This document shows, piece after piece, positions 17,622-24,000 of a DNA stretch of 24,000 nt (its first letter is position 1; every line of letters begins with the position of its first letter). The notes beneath the pieces are model-generated. The model saw only the letters and a program-made list of their open reading frames with translations. It was not told the origin of the DNA and ran no database searches. The stretch is from contig JAAYQA010000015.1 of the NCBI GenBank assembly GCA_012519495.1, forward strand, positions 18,439 to 42,438. The letters are read 5' to 3'. This DNA comes from Tissierellia bacterium (GTDB lineage: Bacteria; Bacillota; Clostridia; Tissierellales; Peptoniphilaceae). Position numbers and translations under genes: made by a program.

Positions 17622-17984
17622 TTATTGTTCCGGATCCTCTTCGTCTGCTTCGTTGTCGTCGTCTTCTTCGAAAACAACATCTTCTTCAAAATCGTCCATA
17701 TAATCGTCGAATTGGAAATCGTCAAAATCGTCGAAGTCTTCAAAATCGTCATCAAAGTCTACACCGTAAAGCTCTTCTTCCACATCCGATAAATCTTCGT
17801 CGATAAAAGCGATATAGTCTTCAATATCTTCCTGCGCTTCTACAATGGCATCCATCGTGTCCACGATTTCTTCCAGCGCATCGATAATGTGTAGAAAAAT
17901 CTTGCCTTCATCGGTCGACTCGTCAATTTTCAGGCCGTCGGTGATGCCTCTGAGATACGAAATTTTCTGATAGAGATATTGCAT
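17622..17984 (-). CDS. CD1247 N-terminal-domain-like protein with long Asp/Glu-rich tail
   Basis: MQYLYQKISYLRGITDGLKIDESTDEGKIFLHIIDALEEIVDTM resembles the widespread clostridial CD1247 N-domain. C-terminus is almost entirely D/E/F. Confidence 0.75.
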   Translation of the reverse strand: MQYLYQKISYLRGITDGLKIDESTDEGKIFLHIIDALEEIVDTMDAIVEAQEDIEDYIAFIDEDLSDVEEELYGVDFDDDFEDFDDFDDFQFDDYMDDFEEDVVFEEDDDNEADEEDPEQ

Positions 17985-17993
17985 TTTGTCCTC

Positions 17994-18551
17994 CTATACT
18001 CTGGAAAGGTATTCGTTGGAGCGCGTGTCGATACGGATTACATCGCCCTCGTTGACAAACAGCGGCACCTGTACCACCGCCCCGGTTTCTACGGTTGCAG
18101 GCTTGCTGCCGCCCGAAGAAGTATCCCCGCGGATGCCGGGCTCGGTTTTTGTGACGGTTAATTCAACAAAATTCGGCGGAGAAACATTAAATGCCTTGCC
18201 CTGGTAAAACCGAATGGTGGCATAATCGTTCTCCTTCACATAAAGGATTGCATCTTCGACCGCATCTTTCTCCAATGGGATTTGTTCGTACGTTTCCTGG
18301 TCCATGAAATAGTACAAAGTTCCGTCATTGTAGAGATACTGCATTTCCTTCGCGTCTATCCGTGCGGACGGATAGCGGTCGTTGGGATTGAAGGTAACAT
18401 CCTTGGACGCCCCCGACATCACCGAACGAATCTTGGCGCGAACAAAGGCCGCCCCTTTTCCCGGCTTCACATGTTGAAAATCAACGATTTGATATACATC
18501 GCCGTCCATCTCAAATGTAACGCCTTTTCTGAAATCTCCTGCCGCGATCAT
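17994..18551 (-). CDS. efp: Translation elongation factor P
   Basis: [47 protein letters not shown]...[17 protein letters not shown]. Confidence 0.97.
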   Translation of the reverse strand: MIAAGDFRKGVTFEMDGDVYQIVDFQHVKPGKGAAFVRAKIRSVMSGASKDVTFNPNDRYPSARIDAKEMQYLYNDGTLYYFMDQETYEQIPLEKDAVEDAILYVKENDYATIRFYQGKAFNVSPPNFVELTVTKTEPGIRGDTSSGGSKPATVETGAVVQVPLFVNEGDVIRIDTRSNEYLSRV

Positions 18552-18586
18552 CTATTGCATCCCTCCTGCTCTTCATTTACACATAA

Positions 18587-18615
18587 ATTATACCAATGAA
18601 TGGAAAAGGTTACAA
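18587..18615 (-). promoter_or_regulatory. Extended -10 sigmaA-type promoter for efp
   Basis: Minus strand TTGTAA (18615-18610) - 17 nt - TATAAT (18592-18587) with TGG preceding -10. About 35 nt upstream of the efp start codon. Confidence 0.78.
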
Positions 18616-18625
18616 GGCAGGCGGT

Positions 18626-19792
18626 TTAGGGGTCAGGGAAGTTGTCCGGCGGTGGTGTATATACCCCAAGGGTCTTTAAGGACAAAAAGCCCGGTATATC
18701 CATCCCTGCAAGCATTTTGCGCGGATTCGCCCTTGTATAATCCAAAGCACCTAAGTTTACATCCCGGTCCGATTCATAATAGCCGTTGATTTTGGAGGTC
18801 TTACTGAGATGAATCGTACCCTTTTGTAAAACGATCCCTTTTATCTCGGTGCGCAGTAAATCCAAATCGCCTTCCAACAGGATCGTGCCCAAAAAAGGCG
18901 CCTTCTGCGCGATCTGCATGGCTTCGATCCGTACATGACCCGTTACGATCAAAAACACAGATTCGGTATCGGGAAAAGTGGCAATCCATTCCCATTCGGG
19001 TTCGGCAAAATCTTCTGTAGAAGGCGGCTCCGCAACCGGTTCCGAATCCTCGGGATCGGGCGGCAAGGGCTCTTCCGTATCTGTTTCGTCCGGCAAAACT
19101 TCCGGCTCGGGTTCTTCCGGATTAGATGTTTCCGTATCCGTGTCATCCGGCGGACTTTCCGGAACGGGGGTTTCTGTTTCCTGCGGCTCTGTCACCAGAA
19201 CTTCTTCGGATTCTGTGTCTTCCGGTTCTTCTTTTGATTGTAGTTGATACACTTCCCAGTGCTTTTTGTCTTTTGCCAATTGGATCCGCAAATCGGTATC
19301 GGATAAGATAAACGGCAAACCGGCTTCTATGATTTTCTCTTTCAGGAATGCCATTTTGGCATCCAAAGACAGGCCCCCCTCCCCGGATGTCTGATCCAGC
19401 GGCGTTTCTACGATCTGTTCGGCATGATAACTTCCTGCATCCGCCACAGGAGTAAAACGCCAGGATAAGCTCTGTTTATTCCCGTCGATTGCAACATGGG
19501 CCAGCGTTTGTGCGCCGTCTGCTCCTATAAGAGAAAGGGGGTATTCCTTTGATTCGGCAGCGTGCGGGCCTGTGATATGTGCTTTAAACTGTCGCATAAT
19601 CGCCTCAGCATTGCCTTTTTCCAGCAGATAGGAAATATTTCCTTCCAACTCCGCTTTGTCCCGTATCGTTGCAATCCGGTTTTCCTCTACCAAGATAGCC
19701 AGTCGCATTCTTTCCATCGAATAAAAGGCGATCATCCCGATAAAGGCCAGTAGTATAATTACATAGATCAATAAGAATCCGCGTTTTTTCAT
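18626..19792 (-). CDS. PilX/GspK-like minor pilin-like protein with acidic Pro/Glu/Thr linker and C-terminal beta-repeat-like region
   Basis: Class III-like N-terminus MKKRGFLLIYVIILLAFIGMIAFYSMERMR. Last gene of the pilin operon. Confidence 0.7.
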   Translation of the reverse strand: MKKRGFLLIYVIILLAFIGMIAFYSMERMRLAILVEENRIATIRDKAELEGNISYLLEKGNAEAIMRQFKAHITGPHAAESKEYPLSLIGADGAQTLAHVAIDGNKQSLSWRFTPVADAGSYHAEQIVETPLDQTSGEGGLSLDAKMAFLKEKIIEAGLPFILSDTDLRIQLAKDKKHWEVYQLQSKEEPEDTESEEVLVTEPQETETPVPESPPDDTDTETSNPEEPEPEVLPDETDTEEPLPPDPEDSEPVAEPPSTEDFAEPEWEWIATFPDTESVFLIVTGHVRIEAMQIAQKAPFLGTILLEGDLDLLRTEIKGIVLQKGTIHLSKTSKINGYYESDRDVNLGALDYTRANPRKMLAGMDIPGFLSLKTLGVYTPPPDNFPDP

Positions 19793-20319
19793 TCTGTTTG
19801 CTCCGGCAGTTCCAGCAGCCTGTGAAATCGGCTTTTGCGCCCGCCCTGTTCTAATTCTATCTCTACTTCCAGTATGCCGGCCTCTTTATCCAGCCGGGAG
19901 GAAATCGCGTTGATATGATGAGACAACAGATTTACACCCCTGTGCGGACTCCCGCGAAATCCGTGCAGTCCTTTCGCCGTATAGCGTCGTATGGTGCTTG
20001 TCAGCTGGGCATAGGTAACGTATTTTTCCTCATGAATCTTCAGGACAAAACCCATGGGGGTTGCGCCTTCAATAAACACATCCACCTCATCGGGACCGTA
20101 AACTTCCTGGGCAGACTTTACTTCCCGCTCGATATAGTCCATTGCAAAAGAGCCGTCCAAAAACAGGGTATCGGCGGATTCCAGGTGCTTGGAAACCAGT
20201 ATCGTTTGCGAAAACAACGCATAAATGACAAAAACAAGTATCGAACTGATGGCCATGGCGCATACCAGTTCAATGAGCGTAAAGCCTCTTCTATTCCGTA
20301 CGCAAAAGCCGAATCGCAT
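19789..20319 (-). CDS. Prepilin-type N-terminal cleavage/methylation protein (PilW/GspJ-like)
   Basis: MRFGFCVRNRRGFTLIELVCAMAISSILVFVIYALF. Confidence 0.85.
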   Translation of the reverse strand: MRFGFCVRNRRGFTLIELVCAMAISSILVFVIYALFSQTILVSKHLESADTLFLDGSFAMDYIEREVKSAQEVYGPDEVDVFIEGATPMGFVLKIHEEKYVTYAQLTSTIRRYTAKGLHGFRGSPHRGVNLLSHHINAISSRLDKEAGILEVEIELEQGGRKSRFHRLLELPEQTE

Positions 20320-20656
20320 CCTGCATGCCCTCCCGCCGGATCTCATACCAATACAGTCCGTTGTGATCTGTAGTGGCATGGATTTCATAAACGGTATCTC
20401 TGTACCGGATCATCCTGATATCGCCGTCCTCCAGGTCTTCTACGGGGCGGAGGGATCCGGTATCTGTCTGAATCGGCGCCTTTTTATTAACACAGGTGAT
20501 CAGATTCCTGAGAAACTGATTCTGCAATCGCAACTCTTCCAGTTCTGCAAGCTGCCGGGAGGTGGATCCCAAAACCGGAAGCATAGCCAGTACGAGAATG
20601 GAAAGCAGACTTAAGGCAACGATCACCTCGATCAGACTGTAGCCTTTGCGTTTCAT
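20291..20656 (-). CDS. Prepilin-type N-terminal cleavage/methylation protein (PilV/GspI-like)
   Basis: MKRKGYSLIEVIVALSLLSILVLAMLPVLG. Confidence 0.85.
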   Translation of the reverse strand: MKRKGYSLIEVIVALSLLSILVLAMLPVLGSTSRQLAELEELRLQNQFLRNLITCVNKKAPIQTDTGSLRPVEDLEDGDIRMIRYRDTVYEIHATTDHNGLYWYEIRREGMQDAIRLLRTE

Positions 20657-21072
20657 GGTTCCGTCACCGTAAACCGCGCAACGCCAACCGTGAAATTCAA
20701 GTAAAGCGACTTTGCCCCATAGCTAATCGGAATATGTCCGCATTTGGAAAAAGCGCCGGTTGGATAAATGACCAGCGTATTCCCTATATGTCTTGGTTTA
20801 TCCATAGTAATTCTTCGCAATTGTCTTGCAAGAAGCTCGCTGCCATCTTCAGAGACGACGCGATAGCTGTTGTTATCGGTATCAAAGTGTACCCTGACCG
20901 ATTTCTGATGAGCCACGGCATAGGTACGCGCAAAACGCAGGTCTTCCAGCATATGATCCAACTCCCGTTCTTGCACCATCGTGATGCTGAGCACGGCAAC
21001 CCCCAGCATAATTGACAATATGCCGAGGACAATAACCATTTCCAGTAGTGTAAAGCCTTTGCGTTTCATCAT
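20653..21072 (-). CDS. Prepilin-type protein, FimT/GspH-like
   Basis: MMKRKGFTLLEMVIVLGILSIMLGVAVLSITMVQE. Confidence 0.87.
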   Translation of the reverse strand: MMKRKGFTLLEMVIVLGILSIMLGVAVLSITMVQERELDHMLEDLRFARTYAVAHQKSVRVHFDTDNNSYRVVSEDGSELLARQLRRITMDKPRHIGNTLVIYPTGAFSKCGHIPISYGAKSLYLNFTVGVARFTVTEP

Positions 21073-21770
21073 ACGCCTCCATGAAAGAGAATCACCAGCG
21101 TAAAACCAATCGCAATAAACGGAACAAACGGGATCGGCCGTTTTTTATCCGCCCCGTGAATAAGAAGAAAGATCGCTACCCCGGCTGCTGCCCAAACAGA
21201 ATACAAGAAAAAGCGGAGTTGCAAGGGAGGTGCAAAGAGAAAAAGCAGCAGCCCGATCAGAATCTTATCCCCGTCGCCCATTCGGTCTTTTGCTGCAAAG
21301 GCAAACAGGATCCACACAAAAACACCGGGCAACGCAGAAATAACGGCCTTTTTCTCCCAAACGAGAAGAAGAAAAACCAACACACCCACCAGGATCAGAT
21401 GCCTGTCATACACATCCTGTGTAGCAAGATCGATCCCAGCCATGAGAAGCAGTATGCTCACAATCGTACAATACAGGACAAACGAAGCATTCAGGCCAAG
21501 CCGCAAATAAAACAAAACAAAAAGGAAGCCCGATAACAGCTCTGTTAGCGTGCTTGCGATTCCTATGGCTGCATGACACGTTTTGCAGCGTCCTTGTAAT
21601 GCCACATAACTAAGGATCGGCACCAGTTCGGCCGCTCCCAAAGGGGTGTGGCAATGATCGCAGTGCGATCCGGGCCGGAGCAGGGATTCTCTGGCCACCG
21701 TTCGCATGGCTGCCAGGTAGAGAAATGAACCCACACTGGCACCTAAAAAGAAAATAAGTAAGACTATCAA
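21069..21770 (-). CDS. Prepilin peptidase (A24 family, with N-methyltransferase domain); TTG start
   Basis: Two CxxC pairs (CDHCH...CKTCH) and the two aspartyl motifs GIDLATQD and GAKDRMGDGD. Confidence 0.92.
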   Translation of the reverse strand: MIVLLIFFLGASVGSFLYLAAMRTVARESLLRPGSHCDHCHTPLGAAELVPILSYVALQGRCKTCHAAIGIASTLTELLSGFLFVLFYLRLGLNASFVLYCTIVSILLLMAGIDLATQDVYDRHLILVGVLVFLLLVWEKKAVISALPGVFVWILFAFAAKDRMGDGDKILIGLLLFLFAPPLQLRFFLYSVWAAAGVAIFLLIHGADKKRPIPFVPFIAIGFTLVILFHGGV

Positions 21771-21773
21771 GGC

Positions 21774-22094
21774 TTAAGGAGTAATTCTGCTTGCTTCTCC
21801 GTTTGCATCGACCTGGAATCCTTCCGGGAAGACTTCAATATAGTCTTGCCAGTTTTCTTTGTTAGCCTGTGTCCAGGGCAGCCCGCAAGCAGCTTCGCCT
21901 TCACTGCTGATGCAAAGTATAGCTGCATTTTCCAACATCCGGATGCTTGCTTCATCTGCTTTTTCCTGGGCTCTTTCCCTGTAACCTGCGTAAGCCGGAA
22001 TTGCAATGGCCAGCAAAATAGCCAGGATGGCTACGACAACGACAAGCTCGATCAGCGTAAAACCCTTCCTCTTCCTGTTCCCTTTTTTAAACAT
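21774..22094 (-). CDS. Type IV pilin-like major pilin
   Basis: MFKKGNRKRKGFTLIELVVVVAILAILLAIAIPAYAGYRERA. Two cysteines (CISSEGEAAC) suggest a disulfide. SD GGAGG upstream of ATG 22094. Confidence 0.9.
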   Translation of the reverse strand: MFKKGNRKRKGFTLIELVVVVAILAILLAIAIPAYAGYRERAQEKADEASIRMLENAAILCISSEGEAACGLPWTQANKENWQDYIEVFPEGFQVDANGEASRITP

Positions 22095-22107
22095 GCCTTC
22101 CTCCTTC

Positions 22108-22137
22108 AAAAATATTCACAAGCCAAAAGGCCTTGTG
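22108..22137 (-). terminator. Intrinsic terminator/attenuator-like hairpin between comM and the pilin gene
   Basis: Minus strand CACAAGGCC-TTTT-GGCTTGTG (one bulged G) followed by AATATTTTT. Confidence 0.65.
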
Positions 22138-22152
22138 TCAAAGAAAAAAGTA

Positions 22153-23688
22153 CTACCTTGTAACCTGGTTCATCGTATCCGGAGAGCGATAGCGTACTGC
22201 TTCCAGCACATGCTTGTCTTCTACTAAATCGGCACCGTACAGATCGGCGATCGTACGGGATAATTTAAGGATCTTCTGGAAGCTGCGCGCACTGAATTTA
22301 TACTGATGAAAAGCCATTTCCACAATTTTTTGTGCAGAAGCACTCAGTTGAATATGCTTTTTTATCAGCCGGTTGGTCAATTGGGCATTATTTCTGACCC
22401 CGGTTCCTTTGTAGCGTGCAATTTGCCGCTGGCGTGCATCGTTTACGCGTTTTCTTATCGTCTTTGAGGTTTCCGCATTTTCATCCTGTGTCAATTCATC
22501 GTATTTTACCGGCTTGACCATAATATGAATGTCAATCCGATCCAGGATCGGATTGCTGATTTTCCCGGCATAACGCTGGATTTCCTGCATAGAACAGGTA
22601 CAGACATGCGTTTCATCCCCATAGTAGCCGCAAGGACAAGGATTCATCGAAGCAACAAGTAAAAACTCACTGGGATACGTCAGACTCGCCGTTACCCGCG
22701 AGATGGAAACCACGCCATCTTCCATTGGTTGACGCAAAACCTCAATAACCGATTTGGTGAATTCAGGGAATTCATCCAAAAACAATACGCCATTGTGCGC
22801 CAGGCTGATCTCTCCCGGCTTGGGTATGCGTCCGCCCCCGATAATTGCCACTTGTGATGCCGTATGATGCGGGGATCGAAACGGCCGGTTTCGCAAAAGA
22901 CCGGTTTCTTTCAGCAATCCTGCCACAGAATAAATCTTTGTTGATTCAATGCTCTCTTCAAACGTCATCTCCGGCAGAATTGTCGGCAAACGGCGTGCAG
23001 CCATGGTCTTTCCACCGCCAGGCGGCCCGATAATCAATATGTTGTGATGTCCGGCAGCAGCCACTTCCAGCGCGCGTTTCAGTGCATGCTGACCCCGTAT
23101 CTCAGAAAAATCCACCCCGAAATCCGGATCTTCTTCTGTGAAATCTTCCAATTCCGTCCGATGCGGCTCAATTATCTTTTCTTCATTCCGGTCATCCACT
23201 AATTGCTGCAGTGTACGTACCGGCATGATATCCATACCACGGACAACTCCGCACTCTTCTTTATTGGCTTCGGGTACATAGCAGCGGGTAAAACCTAATT
23301 CGCGCAACGAAATAACAATAGGAAGCGCACCTTCGATACCCTGTACGCGTCCATCCAGCGATAACTCTCCGATATATGCCGTTTTATCATCGGATTCGGT
23401 TTCGATTTCTCCCACCGATGAAAGTAACGATAAAGCGATGGCGAGATCCAGCTGCGAGCCTTCCTTTTTCAGATTGGCGGGCGCTAAATTTACGGTAATC
23501 CGCTGTAAGGGAAACTGATAGCCGCTGTTTGCAATTGCGCTGCGTACCCGCTCCTTACTCTCTTTGATCGATGCATCCGGCAGTCCGACAATCGTAAAAG
23601 CAGGCAGCCCATTGGATAAATCCGTTTCCACATCGACGCTGTATCCGTTTAAACCCTGTAGAACACATGTTTTTACTTTACTGTACAT
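22153..23688 (-). CDS. comM: YifB/ComM family Mg-chelatase-like AAA+ ATPase
   Basis: MYSKVKTCVLQGLNGYSVDVETDLSNGLPAFTIVGLPD, Walker A GPPGGGKTM, NPCPCGY zinc-like motif. Confidence 0.95.
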   Translation of the reverse strand: MYSKVKTCVLQGLNGYSVDVETDLSNGLPAFTIVGLPDASIKESKERVRSAIANSGYQFPLQRITVNLAPANLKKEGSQLDLAIALSLLSSVGEIETESDDKTAYIGELSLDGRVQGIEGALPIVISLRELGFTRCYVPEANKEECGVVRGMDIMPVRTLQQLVDDRNEEKIIEPHRTELEDFTEEDPDFGVDFSEIRGQHALKRALEVAAAGHHNILIIGPPGGGKTMAARRLPTILPEMTFEESIESTKIYSVAGLLKETGLLRNRPFRSPHHTASQVAIIGGGRIPKPGEISLAHNGVLFLDEFPEFTKSVIEVLRQPMEDGVVSISRVTASLTYPSEFLLVASMNPCPCGYYGDETHVCTCSMQEIQRYAGKISNPILDRIDIHIMVKPVKYDELTQDENAETSKTIRKRVNDARQRQIARYKGTGVRNNAQLTNRLIKKHIQLSASAQKIVEMAFHQYKFSARSFQKILKLSRTIADLYGADLVEDKHVLEAVRYRSPDTMNQVTR

Positions 23689-23696
23689 AGAAACTC

Positions 23697-24000
23697 CTAA
23701 CCGGCATAAAATGCATTTTCTATGTGATGCATGACATCGTCCAATATTTCAATCACATCAAAACGCACCTGCATGTGATGCAATTGATGTTTTTGTATAT
23801 ACCATTGTGTGAGGCGGATGATCTGCCGCTGTTTATGTAGGTGCACTGCTTCTCTCGGATACCCGTGTCGTGCGTTTTTACGCCGCTTAACTTCAACAAT
23901 CACGAGCAGCCCGTCCTTGCTTGCGATCAGATCCAGTTCGCCGATCTTTGTGGAAAAGTTCGCGTCCAGTATTTTATAACCTTTCTTAACAAGAAATTCT
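23697..24000 (-). CDS. yraN: YraN family endonuclease-like protein (5' end outside window)
   Basis: The frame reads through the edge: EFLVKKGYKILDANFSTKIGELDLIASKDGLLVIVEVKRRKNARHGYPREAV..., the UPF0102 signature. The track start at 23903 is an internal GTG. Confidence 0.9.
   Translation of the reverse strand, partial: EFLVKKGYKILDANFSTKIGELDLIASKDGLLVIVEVKRRKNARHGYPREAVHLHKQRQIIRLTQWYIQKHQLHHMQVRFDVIEILDDVMHHIENAFYAG

Noticed and set aside
18978-19247. Ser/Gly-rich 89-aa plus-strand ORF resembling a low-complexity secreted protein
   Set aside because: Exact antisense of the acidic E/T/P linker in the PilX-like gene.
21768-21790. TTG start of the prepilin peptidase as a possible misannotation or frameshift
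   Set aside because: The TTG lacks a clear SD, but the N-terminus LIFFLGASVGSFL is canonical and the gene lies 4 nt after the pilin stop, so translational coupling explains it adequately.
1-24000. CRISPR arrays, transposons, tRNA/rRNA genes, phage or defence systems
   Set aside because: No regularly spaced repeats, transposase/integrase motifs, tRNA/rRNA signatures or defence gene families were visible. Coding density is that of a conserved housekeeping region.

Overview
This 24 kb window looks like a Gram-negative-staining Firmicutes (Negativicutes-like) chromosome; the lineage is an inference. All genes lie on the minus strand except the 3' end of an aminotransferase at the left edge. In minus-strand 5'->3' order they are: yraN (partial), comM/yifB, a type IV pilin-like operon (pilin, prepilin peptidase, four minor pilin-like proteins), efp, an acidic CD1247-like protein, an Asp23-family protein, nusB, xseA, xseB, ispA, a ~540-nt structured non-coding region, a DUF21-like membrane protein, argR, recN, a NUDIX hydrolase, punA, pdp, an M50 protease, scpA, scpB, an RluB/RsuA-type pseudouridine synthase, an MnmM-like methyltransferase, a BaiN/HI0933-like flavoprotein, an AroH-like protein, cmk, plsC and an ispH-rpsA fusion. 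The main finding is the non-coding region at about 13828-14369 (minus). I interpret it as an OLE (Ornate, Large, Extremophilic) RNA followed by its membrane protein partner OapA. The evidence is the ispA-[RNA]-OapA-argR-recN synteny, an excellent extended -10 promoter, a 9-bp helix that pairs the predicted transcription start with the region 542 nt downstream, and many internal helices. Secondary findings are an AroH-fold protein in which the recalled catalytic residues all appear substituted, a possible ATT start codon for scpB overlapping the scpA stop codon, two intrinsic-terminator-like hairpins placed just upstream of start codons, a GspK/PilX-like pilin with a long acidic Pro/Glu/Thr linker, and a 15-gene chain of overlapping or near-touching genes.
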